From NCBI GenBank assembly GCA_964016885.1, contig OZ024743.1:141422001-141486000 (forward strand): 64,000 nucleotides of DNA. Reading direction: 5' to 3'. The notes under the pieces were generated by a model that saw only the letters and a program-made list of their open reading frames with translations, was not told where the DNA came from and did no database searches. Positions 9,626 through 20,680 of this stretch are shown here, one piece after another (the stretch's first letter is position 1; each line of letters starts with the position of its first letter). The position numbers were made by a program, and so were the translations under genes. Source of the stretch: Eledone cirrhosa (lineage: Eukaryota).

Positions 9626-12600
9626 GTGCTTGGGGTTTGGTGGTTGGTGCTTGGTGCTTGGTGTTTGGTGTTTGGTGTTTGGTGTTTGGTGTTTGCTGTA
9701 TGGTGTTTGCTGTTTCGTATTTGGTTTTTGCTGTTTGGTGTTTGGTGTTTGCTGTTTGGTGTTTGGTGTTTGGTGTTTGGTGTTTGGCGTTTGGTGCTTG
9801 GTGCTTGGTGTTTGGTGCTTCGTGCTTGGTGTTTGGTGTTTGGTGCTTGGTGGCTGGTGCTTGTTGTATGGTGCTTGGTGCTTGGTGATTAGTGTTTGGT
9901 GCTTGGTGCTTGGTGTTTGGTGCTTGGTGTTTGGTGCTTGGTGTTTGGTGCTTGGTGCTTGGTGTTTGATGTTGGGTCCTTGGTGCTTGGTGTTTGGTGT
10001 TTGGTGCTTTGTGTTTGGTGTTTGGTGCTTGGTGCTTGGTGTTTGGTGCTTGGTGTTTGGTGCTTGGTGCCTGGTGCTTGGTGTTTGGTGTTTGATGCTT
10101 GGTGTTTGGTGTTTGGTGTTTGGTACTTGGTGTTCGGTGCTTGGTGCTTGGTGCTTGGTGCTTGGTGTTTGGTGTTTGGTGCTTGGTGCTTGGTGTTTGA
10201 TGTTTGGTCCTTGGTGCTTGGTGTTTGGTGTTGTGTGCTTGGTGCTTGGTGGTTGGTGTTTGGTGCTTGGTGCTTGGTGCTTGGTGTTTGGTGCTTGGTG
10301 TTTGATGGTGCGTCCTTGGTGTTTGGTGTTTGGTGCTTGGTGCTTGGTGTTTGGTGTTTGGAGCTTGGTGCCTGGTGCTTGTTGTTTGGTGTTTGGCGCT
10401 TGGTGCTTGGTGTTTGGTGTTTGGTGCTTGGTGCTTGGTGCTTGGTATCTGGTGTTTGGTGCTTGATGTTTGGTGTTTGGTGCTTGGTGTTTGGTGTTTG
10501 GTGCTTGGTGCTTGGTGTTTGGTGCTTGGTGTTTGGTGTTTGGTGTTTGATGCTTGGTGTTTGCTGCTTGGTGCTTGGTGCTTGGTGTTTTGTGTTTGGT
10601 GTTTGATGCTGCGTGCTTGGTGTTTGGTGTTTGGTGCTTGGTGCTTGGTGTTTGGTGTTTGGAGCTTGGTGCCTGGTGCTTGTTGTTTGGTGTTTGGCGC
10701 TTGGTGCTTGGTGTTTGGTGTTTGGTGCTTGGTGCTTGGTGCTTGGTATCTGGTGTTAGGTGCTTGATGTTTGGTGTTTGGTGCTTGGTGTTTGGTGTTT
10801 GGTGCATGGTGCTTGGTGTTTGGTGCTTGGTGTTTGGTGTTTGGTGTTTGATGCTTGGTGTTTGCTGCTGGCTGCTTGCAGCTTGGTGTTTGGTGCTAGG
10901 GGCTTGGTGCTTGGTGCTTGGTGTTTGGTGCTTGGTGCTTGGTGCCTGGTGCTTGGTGCTTGGTGCTTGTTGTTTGGTGCTTGGTGCTTGGTGATTAGTG
11001 TTTGGTGCTTGGTGCTTGCGGTTTGGTGTTTGGTGCTTGGGGTTTGGTGTTTGGTGCTTGGTGCTTGGTGTTTGGTGCTTGGTGCTTGGTGCTTGGTGTT
11101 TGGTGCTTGGTGCTTGGTGTTTGGTGCTTGGTGCTTGGTGTTTGGTGTTTGATGCTTGGTGTTTGCTGCTAGCTGCTTGCTGCTTGGTGTTTGGTGCTAG
11201 GGGCTTGGTGCTTGGTGCTTGGTGTTTGGTGCTTGGTGCTTGGTGCCTGGTGCTTGGTGCTTGGTGCTTGTTGTTTGGTGCTTGGTGCTTGGTGATTAGT
11301 GTTTGGTGCTTGGTGCTTGCGGTTTGGTGTTTGGTGCTTGGGGTTTGGTGTTTGGTGCTTGGTGCTTGTTGTTTGGTGCTTGGTGCTTGGTGCTTGGTGT
11401 TTGGTGCTTGGTGCTTGGTGTTTGGTGCTTGGTGCTTGGTGTTTGGTGTTTGGCGTTTGCTGTTTGCTGTTTGGTGTTTGGTGTTTGCTGTTTGGTGCTT
11501 GGTGCTTGGTGTTTGGTGTTTGGTGTTTGGTACTTGGTGCTTGGTGTTTGGTGCTTGGTGCTTGGTGCTGGGTGTTTGGTGCTTGGTGCTTGGTGTTTGG
11601 TGCTTGGTGCTTGGTGCTTGGTGTTTGGTCCTTGGTGCTTGGTGCTTGGTCTTTGGTGCTTGTGTTTTGGTGTTTGGTGCTTGGTGCTTGGTGTTTGGTG
11701 CTTGGTTCTTGGTGCTTGGTGCTTGGTGTTTGTTGATTGCTGCTTGGTGCTTGGTGTTTGGTGCTTGGTGCTTGGTGACTAGTGTTTGGTGATTGGTGCT
11801 TGGGGTTTGCTGTTTGGTGCTTGGTGTTTGGTGCTTGGTGCTTGCTGTTTGGTGTTTGGTGTTTGGTTCTTGGTGCTTGGTGTTTGGTGTTTGGTGTTTG
11901 GTGCTTGGTGCTTGGTGTTTGGTGCTTGGTGCTTGGTGCTTGGTGTTTGGTGCTGCGTGCTTGGTGTTTGGTGTTTGGTGCTTGGTGCCTGGTGCTTGTT
12001 GTTTGGTGCTTAGTGCTTGGTGTTTGGTGTTTGGTGCTTGGTGCTTGGTGGCTGGTGCTTGGTGCTTGGTGTTTGGAGTTTGGTGCTTGGTGCTTGGTGC
12101 CTGGTGTTTCGTGCTTGGTGCTTGGTGTTTGGTGTTTGGTGCTTGGTGTTTGGTGTTTGGTCCTTGGTGCTTGGTGCTTGGTGCTTGGTGTTTGGTGCTT
12201 GGTGCTTGGTGCTTGGGGCTTGGTGTTTGGTGTTTGGTGCTTGGTGCTTGGTGTTTGATGTTGGGTCCTTGGTGCTTGGTGTTTGGTGTTTGGTGTTTGG
12301 TGTTTGGTGTTTGGTGCTTGGTGCTTGGTGTTTGGTGTTTGGTGCTTGGTGCTTGGGGCTTGGTGTTTGGTGCTTGGTGCTTGGTGTTTGGTGCTTGGTG
12401 CTTGGTGCTTGTTGTTTGGTGCTTGGTGCTTGGTGCTTCGTGATTGGTGCTTGGTGCTTGGTGTTTGGTGCTTGGTGCTTGGTGATTAGTGTTTGTTGCT
12501 TGGTGCTTGGGGTTTGGTGGTTGGTGCTTGGTGCTTGGTGTTTGGTGTTTGGTGTTTGGTGTTTGCTGTATGGTGTTTGCTGTTTCGTATTTGGTTTTTG

Positions 12601-14490
12601 CTGTTTGGTGTTTGGTGTTTGCTGTTTGGTGTTTGGTGTTTGGTGTTTGGTGCTTGGTGCTTGGTGCTTGGTGTTTGGCGTTTGGTGCTTGGTGCTTGGT
12701 GTTTGGTGCTTCGTGCTTGGTGTTTGGTGTTTGGTGCTTGGTGGCTGGTGCTTGTTGTATGGTGCTTGGTGCTTGGTGATTAGTGTTTGGTGCTTGGTGC
12801 TTGGTGTTTGGTGCTTGGTGTTTGGTGCTTGGTGCCTGGTGCTTGGTGTTTGGTGTTTGATGCTTGGTGTTTGGTGTTTGGTGTTTGGTACTTGGTGTTC
12901 GGTGTTTGGTGTTTGGTGCTTGGTGCTTGGTGTTTGATGTTTGGTCCTTGGTGCTTGGTGTTTGGTGTTGTGTGCTTGGTGCTTGGTGGTTGGTGTTTGG
13001 TGCTTGGTGCTTGGTGCTTGGTGTTTGGTGCTTGGTGTTTGATGCTGCGTCCTTGGTGTTTGGTGTTTGGTGCTTGGTGCTTGGTGTTTGGTGTTTGGAG
13101 CTTGGTGCCTGGTGCTTGTTGTTTGGTGTTTGGCGCTTGGTGCTTGGTGTTTGGTGGTTGGTGCTTGGTGCTTGGTGCTTGGTATCTGGTGTTTGGTGCT
13201 TGATGTTTGGTGTTTGGTGCTTGGTGTTTGGTGTTTGGTGCTTGGTGCTTGGTGTTTGGTGCTTGGTGTTTGGTGTTTGGTGTTTGATGCTTGGTGTTTG
13301 GTCCTTGGTGCTTGGTGCTTGGTGTTTTGTGTTTGGTGTTTGATGCTGCGTGCTTGGTGTTTGGTGTTTGGTGCTTGGTGCTTGGTGTTTGGTGTTTGGA
13401 GCTTGGTGCCTGGTGCTTGTTGTTTGGTGTTTGGTGCTTGGTGCTTGGTGTTTGGTGTTTGGTGCTTGGTGCTTGGTGCTTGGTATCTGGTGTTAGGTGC
13501 TTGATGTTTGGTGTTTGGTGCTTGGTGTTTGGTGTTTGGTGCATGGTGCTTGGTGTTTGGTGCTTGGTGTTTGGTGTTTGGTGTTTGATGCTTGGTGTTT
13601 GCTTCTGGCTGCTTGCTGCTTGGTGTTTGGTGCTAGGGGCTTGGTGCTTGGTGCTTGGTGTTTGGTGCTTGGTGCTTGGTGCCTGGTGCTTGGTGCTTGG
13701 TGCTTGTTGTTTGGTGCTTGGTGCTTGGTGATTAGTGTTTGGTGCTTGGTGCTTGCGGTTTGGTGTTTGGTGCTTGGGGTTTGGTGTTTGGTGCTTGGTG
13801 CTTGGTGTTTGGTGCTTGGTGCTTGGTGCTTGGTGTTTGGTGCTTGGTGCTTGGTGTTTGGTGCTTGGTGCTTGGTGTTTGGTGTTTGATGCTTGGTGTT
13901 TGCTGCTGGCTGCTTGCTGCTTGGTGTTTGGTGCTAGGGGCTTGGTGCTTGGTGCTTGGTGTTTGGTGCTTGGTGCTTGGTGCCTGGTGCTTGGTGCTTG
14001 GTGCTTGTTGTTTGGTGCTTGGTGCTTGGTGATTAGTGTTTGGTGCTTGGTGCTTGCGGTTTGGTGTTTGGTGCTTGGGGTTTGGTGTTTGGTGCTTGGT
14101 GCTTGTTGTTTGGTGCTTGGTGCTTGGTGCTTGGTGTTTGGTGCTTGGTGCTTGGTGTTTGGTGCTTGGTGCTTGGTGTTTGGTGTTTGGCGTTTGCTGT
14201 TTGCTGTTTGGTGTTTGGTGTTTGCTGTTTGGTGCTTGGTGCTTGGTGTTTGGTGTTTGGTGTTTGGTACTTGGTGCTTGGTGTTTGGTGCTTGGTGCTT
14301 GGTGCTGGGTGTTTGGTGCTTGGTGCTTGGTGTTTGGTGCTTGGTGCTTGGTGCTTGGTGTTTGGTCCTTGGTGCTTGGTGCTTGGTCTTTGGTGCTTGT
14401 GTTTTGGTGTTTGGTGCTTGGTGCTTGGTGTTTGGTGCTTGGTTCTTGGTGCTTGGTGCTTGGTGTTTGTTGATTGCTGCTTGGTGCCTG
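9545..14490 (+). repeat. Near-tandem duplication, about 9545-11750 versus 12425-14490 (offset 2.74-2.88 kb)
   Basis: TTCGTAT marker at 9714 and 12584. ORF pairs 10330/13067, 10760/13497 and 11299/14036 are at offset 2737. Confidence 0.85.
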
Positions 14491-17400
14491 GTGTTTCGTG
14501 CTTGGTGCTTGGTGTTTGGTGTTTGGTGCTTGGTGTTTGGTGTTTGGTACTTGGTGCTTGGTGCTTGGTGCTTGGTGTTTGGTGCTTGGTGTTTGATGCT
14601 GCGTGCTTGGTGTTTGGTGTTTGGTGCTTGCTGCTTGGTGTTTGGTGTTTGGAGCTTGGTGCCTGCTGCTTGTTGTTTGGTGTTTGGTGCTTGGTGCTTG
14701 GTGCTTGGTGTTTGGTGTTTGGTGCTTGGTGCTTGGTGTTTGGTGCTTGGTGTTTGGTGTTTTGTGTTTGGTGCTTGGTGCTTGGTGCCTGGTGCTTGTT
14801 GCTTGGTGCTTGTTGATTGGTGCTTGGTGCTTGGTGATTAGTGTTTGGTGCTTGGTGCGTGCGGTTTGATGTTTGGTGCTTGGGGTTTGGTGTTTGGTGC
14901 TTGGTGCTTGGTGTTTGGTGCTTGGTGCTTGGTGCTTGGTGCTTGGTGCTTGGTGTTTGGTGCTTGGTGTTTGGTGCTTGGTGCTTGGTGCTTGGTGCTT
15001 GGTGTTAGGTGTTTGGTGCTTGGTGCTTGGTGTTTGATGTTTGGTCCTTGGTGCTTGGTGTTTGGTGTTTGTTGCTTGGTGCTTGGTGTTTGGTGTTTGG
15101 TGCTTGCTGCTTGCTGCTTGGTGTTTGGTGCTTGGTGATTGGTGCTTGGTGTTTTGTGCTTGCTGTTTGGTGTTTGGTGCTTGGTGCGTGGGACTTAGTG
15201 TTTGGTATTTGGTGCTTGGTGTTTGGTGCTTGGTGTTTGGTGCTTGGTGTTTGGGGCTTGGTGTTCGGTGCTTGGTGCTTGGTGCTTGGGGCTTGGTGTT
15301 TGGTGTTTGGTGCTTGGTGCTTGGTGTTTGATGTTGGGTCCTTGGTGCTTGGTGTTTGGTGTTTGGTGCTTGGTGTTTGGTGTTTGGTGCTTGGTGCTTG
15401 GTGTTTGGTGTTTGGTGCTTGGTGCATGGGGCTTGGTGTTTGGTGCTTGGTGCTTGGTGTTTGGTGCTTCTGCTTGGGGCTTGGTAGTTGGTGCTTGGTG
15501 CCTGGTGTTTGGTGTTTGGTGTTTGGTGCTTGGTGTATGGTGCTTGGTGCTTGGTGCTGGGTGGTTGGTGTTTGGTGCTGGTGCTTGGTGTTTGGTGCTT
15601 GGTGCTTGGTGCTTGTTGTTTGGTGCTTGGTGCTTGGTGCTTGGTCTTTGGTGCATGGTGTTTGGTGTTTGGCGCTTGGTGCTTGGTGCTTCGTGATTGG
15701 TGCTTGGGGTTTGGTGGTTGGTGCTTGGTGCTTGGTGTTTGGTGTTTGGTGTTTGGTGTTTGGTGTTTGCTGTTTGGTGTCTGCTTTTTGGTGTTTGGTG
15801 TTTGCTGTATGGTGTTTGCTGTTTCGTATTTGGTTTTTGCTGTTTGGTGTTTGGTGTTTGCTGTTTGGTGTTTGGTGTTTGGTGTTTGGTGCTTGGTGCT
15901 TGGTGCTTGGTGTTTGGCGTTTGGTGCTTGGTGCTTGGTGTTTGGTGCTTCGTGCTTGGTGTTTGGTGTTTGGTGCTTGGTGCCTGGTGCTTGTTGTATG
16001 GTGTTTGGTGCTTGGTGCTTGGTGTTTGGTGTTTGCTGCTTGGTGTCTGGTGTTTGGTGCTTGGTGTTTGGTGTTTGGTGCTTGGTGCTTGGTGTTTGGT
16101 GTTTGGTGCTTGGTGCTTGGTGTTTGGTGTTTGGTGCTGGGTGCATGGAGTTTGGTGCTTGGTGCTTAGTGCTTGGTGTTTGGTGTTTGGTGTTTGATGC
16201 TTGGTGTGTGGTGCTTGGTGCTTGGTGTTTTGTGTTTGGTGCTTGGTGCTTGGTGACTGGTGCTGGGTGCTTGGTGCTTGTTGTTTGGTGCTTGGTGCTT
16301 GGTGATTAGTGTTTGGTGCTTGGTGCTTGGTGTTTGGTGCTTGGTGTTTGGTGCTTGGTGCCTGGTGCTTGGTGTTTGGTGTTTGATGCTTGGTGTTTGG
16401 TGTTTGGTGTTTGGTACTTGGTGTTCGGTGCTTGGTGCTTGGTGCTTGGTGCTTGGTGTTTGGTGTTTGGTGCTTGGTGCTTGGTGTTTGATGTTTGGTC
16501 CTTGGTGCTTGGTGTTTGGTGTTGTGTGCTTGGCGCTTGGTGGTTGGTGTTTGGTGCTTGGTGCTTGGTGCTTGGTGTTTGGCGTTTCCTGTTTGCTGTT
16601 TGGTGTTAGGTGTTTGCTGTTTGGTGTTTGCTGTTTGGTGTTTGGTGTTTGGTGCTTGCTGTTTGGTGCTTGGTGCTTGGTGTATGGTGTTTGATGCTTG
16701 GTGTTTGGTGCTTGGTGCTTGGTGCTGGGTGTTTGGTGCTTGGTGCTTGGTGCTTGGTGATTGGTGCTTGGTGTTTGGTCCTTGGTGCTTGGTGCATGGT
16801 CTTTGGTGCTTGGGTTTTGATGTTTGGTGCTTGGTGCTTGGTGTTTGGCGCTTGGTGCTTGGTGCTTGGTGCTTGGTGTTTGGTGCTTGCTGCTTGGTGC
16901 TTGGTGTTTGGTGCTTGGTGCTTGGTGAGTAGTGTTTGGTGATTGGTGCTTGGGGTTTTGTGTTTGGGGCTTGGTGTTTGGTGCTTAGTGCTTGCTGTTT
17001 GGTGTTTGGTGTTTGGTTCTTGGTGCTTGGTGTTTGGTGTTTGGTGTTTGGTGCTTGGTGCTTGGTGCTTGGTGTTTGGTGCTTGGTGCTTGGTGCTTGG
17101 TGTTTGGTGCTGCGTGCTTGGTGTTTGGTGTTTGGTGCTTGGTGCCTGGTGCTTGTTGTTTGGTACTTGGTGCTTGGTGCTTGGTGCTTGGTGTTTGGTG
17201 CTTGGTGTTTGATGCTGCCTGCTTGGTGTTTGGTGTTTGGTGCTTGGTGCTTGGTGGCTGGTGTTTGGTGCTTGGTGTTTGGAGTTTGGTGCTTGGTGCT
17301 TGGTGCCTGGTGTTTCGTGCTTGGTGCTTGGTGCTTGGTGTTTGGTGTTTGGTGCTTGGTGTTTGGTGTTTGGTACTTGGTGCTTGGTGCTTGGTGCTTG

Positions 17401-20400
17401 GTGTTTGGTGCTTGGTGTTTGATGCTGCCTGCTTGGTGTTTGGTGTTTGGCGCTTGGTGCTTGGTGTTTGGTGTTTGGTGCTTGGTGCTTGGTGCTTGGT
17501 ATCTGGTGTTTGGTGCTTGATGTTTGGTGTTTGGTGCTTGGTGTTTTGTGTTTGGTGATTGGTGCTTGGTGCCTGGTGCTTGGTGCTTGGTGCTTGTTGT
17601 TTGGTGCTTGGTGCTTGGTGATTAGTGTTTGGTGCTTGGTGCTTGCGGTTTGGTGTTTGGTGCTTGGGGTTTGGTGCTTGGTGCTTGGTGCTTGGTGTTT
17701 GGTGCTTGGTGCTTGGTGTTTGGTGCTTGGTGCTTGGTGTTTGGTGTTTGGCGTTTGCTGTTTGCTGTTTGCTGTTTGGTGCTTGCTGTTTGGTGCTTGG
17801 TGCTTGGTGTTTGGTGTTTGGTGTTTTGTGCTTGGTGCTTGGTGTTTGGTGCTTGGTGCTTGGTGCTGTGTGTTTGGTGCTTGGTGCTTGGTGTTTGGTG
17901 CTTGGTGCTTGGTGCTTGGTGTTTGCTCCTTGGTGCTTGGTGCTTGGTCTTTGGTGCTTGGGTTTTGGTGTTTGGTGCATGGTGCTTGGTGTTTGGTGCT
18001 TGGTTCTTGGTGCTTGGTGCTTGGTGTTTGGTGATTGCTGCTTGGTGCTTGGTGTTTGGTGCTTGGTGCTTGGTGATTAGTGTTTGGTGATTGGTGCTTG
18101 GGGTTTGCTGTTTGGTGCTTGGTGTTTGGTGCTTGGTGCTTGCTGTTTGGTGTTTGGTGTTTGGTTCTTGGTGCTTGGTGTTTGGTGTTTGGTGTCTGGT
18201 GCTTGGTGCTTGGTGCTTGGTGTTTGGTGCTTGGTGCTTGGTGCTTGGTGTTTGGTGCTGCGTGCTTGGTGTTTGGTGCTTGGTGCTTGGTGATTAGTGT
18301 TTGGTGCTTTGTGTTTGGTGCTTGGTGTTTGGTGCTTGGTGCTTGGTGCTTAGTGCTTGGTGTTAGGTGTTTGGTGCTTGGTGATTGGTGTTTGATGTTA
18401 GGTTCTTGGTGCTTGGTGTTTGGTGTTTGGTGCTTGGTGCTTGGTGTTTGGTGTTTGGTGCTTGGTGCTTGGTGCTTGGTGCTTGGTGTTAGGTGTTTGG
18501 TGCTTGGTGCTTGGTGTTTGGTGCTTGGTGCTTTGTGTTTGGTGCTTGGTGTTTGGTGCTTGGTGCTTGGTGCTTGGTGCTTGGTGTTAGGTGTTTGGTG
18601 TTTGGTGATTGGTGTTTGATGTTAGGTTCTTGGTGCTTGGTGTTTGGTGTTTGGTGCTTGGTGCTTGGTGCTTGGTGTTTGGTGTTTGGTGTTTGATGCT
18701 TGGTGTTTGCTGCTTGGTGCTTGGTGCTTGGTGTTTTGTGTTTGGTGTTTGATGCTGCGTGCTTGGTGTTTGGTGTTTGGTGCTTGGTGCTTGGTGTTTG
18801 GTGTTTGGAGCTTGGTGCCTGGTGCTTGTTGTTTGGTGTTTGGCGCTTGGTGCTTGGTGTTTGGTGTTTGGTGCTTGGTGCTTGGTGCTTGGTATCTGGT
18901 GTTAGGTGCTTGATGTTTGGTGTTTGGTGCTTAGTGTTTGGTGTTTGGTGCATGGTGCTTGGTGTTTGGTGCTTGGTGTTTGGTGTTTGGTGTTTGATGC
19001 TTGGTGTTTGCTGCTTGGTGCTTGGTGCCTGGTGCTTGGTGCTTGGTGCTTGTTGTTTGGTGCTTGGTGCTTGGTGATTAGTGTTTGGTGCTTGGTGCTT
19101 GAGGTTTGGTGTTTGGTGCTTGGGGTTTGGTGTTTGGTGCTTGGTGCTTGGTGTTTGGTGCTTGGTGCTTGGTGCTTGGTGTTTGGTGCTTGGTGCTTGG
19201 TGTTTGGTGCTTGGTGCTTGGTGTTTGGTGTTTGGCGTTTGCTGTTTGCTGTTTTGTGCTTGGTGCTTGGGGTTTGGTGTTTGGTGCTTGGTGCTTGGTG
19301 TTTGGTGCTTGGTGCTTGGTGCTGGGTGTTTGGTGCTTGGTGCTTGGTGTTTGGTGCTTGGTGCTTGGTGCTTGGTGTTTGGTCCTTGGTGCTTGGTGCT
19401 TGGTCTTTGGTGCTTGGGGTTTGGTGTTTGGAGCTTGGTGCTTGGTGTTTGGTGCTTGGTTCTTGGTGCTTGGTGCTTGGTGTTTGGTGATTGCTGCTTG
19501 GTGCTTGGTGTTTGGTGCTTGGTGCTTGGTGACTAGTGTTTGGTTATTGGGGCTTGGGGTTTGCTGTTTGGTGCTTGGTGTTTGGTGCTTGGTGCTTGCT
19601 GTTTGGTGTTTGTTGTTTGGTTCTTGGTGCTTGGTGTTTGGTGTTTGGTGTTTGGTGCTTGGTGCTTGGTGTTTGGTGCTTGGTGCTTGGTGCTTGGTGT
19701 TTGGTGCGGCGTGCTTGGTGTTTGGTGTTTGGTGCTTGGTGCCTGGTGCTTGTTGTTTGGTGCTTAGTGCTTGGTGTTTGGTGTTTGGTGCTTGGTGCTT
19801 GGTGGCTGGTGCTTGGTGCTTGGTGTTTGGAGTTTGGTGCTTGGTGCTTGGTGCCTGGTGTTTCGTGCTTGGTGCTTGGTGCTTGGTGTTTGGTGTTTGG
19901 TGCTTGGTGTTTGGTGCTTGGTGTTTGATGCTGCGTGCTTGGTGTTTGGTGTTTGGTGCTTGGTGCTTGGTGTTTGGTGTTTGGAGCTTGGTGCCTGCTT
20001 TTTGTTGTTTGGTGTTTGGTGCTTGGTGCTTGGTGCTTGGTATCTGGTGTTTGGTGCTTGATGTCTGGTGTTTGGTGCTTGGTGCTTGGTGCTTGGTGTT
20101 TGGTGTTTGGTGCTTGGTGCTTGGTGTTTGGTGCTTGGTGTTTGGTGTTTGGTGTTTGATGCTTGGTGTTTGCTGCTTGGTGCTTGGTGCTTGGTGTTTT
20201 GTGTTTGGTGCTTGGTGCTTGGTGCCTGGTGCTTGGTGCTTGGTGCTTGTTGTTTGGTGCTTGGTGCTTGGTGATTAGTGTTTGGTGCTTGGTGCTTGCG
20301 GTTTGATGTTTGGTGCTTGGGGTTTGGTGTTTGGTGCTTGGTGCTTGGTGTTTGGTGCTTGGTGCTTGGTGCTTGGTGCTTGGTGCTTGGTGTTTGGTGC

Positions 20401-20680
20401 TTGGTGCTTGGTGTTTGGTGCTTGGTGTTTGGTGCTTGGTGCTTGGTGCTTGGTGTTAGGTGTTTGGTGCTTGGTGCTTGGTGTTTGATGTTTGGTCCTT
20501 GGTGCTTGGTGTTTGGTGTTTGTTGCTTGGTGCTTGGTGTTTGGTGTTTGGTGCTTGCTGCTTGCTGCTTGGTGTTTGGTGCTTGGTGATTGGTGCTTGG
20601 TGTTTTGTGCTTGGTGCTTGGTGTTTGGTATTTGGTGCTAGGGGCTTGGTGCTTGGTGCTTGGTGTTTGGTGCTTGGTGC
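13340..20680 (+). repeat. Copy 2 of the roughly 7.5-kb segmental duplication (partner about 585-8100)
   Basis: Same evidence as copy 1. Differs by a 1-bp deletion at 15579, whole-unit deletions and a few substitutions. Confidence 0.92.

Noticed and set aside
2947-20000. Offset changes of 21, 42, 63 and 42 bp between the 12.7-kb copies, suggesting reading-frame preservation
   Set aside because: The 42-bp change at 5901-6005 vs 18630-18692 does not fit one clean deletion (it parses as 28+14). Other copies differ by 7, 70 and 119 bp, so a multiple-of-21 rule is not supported.
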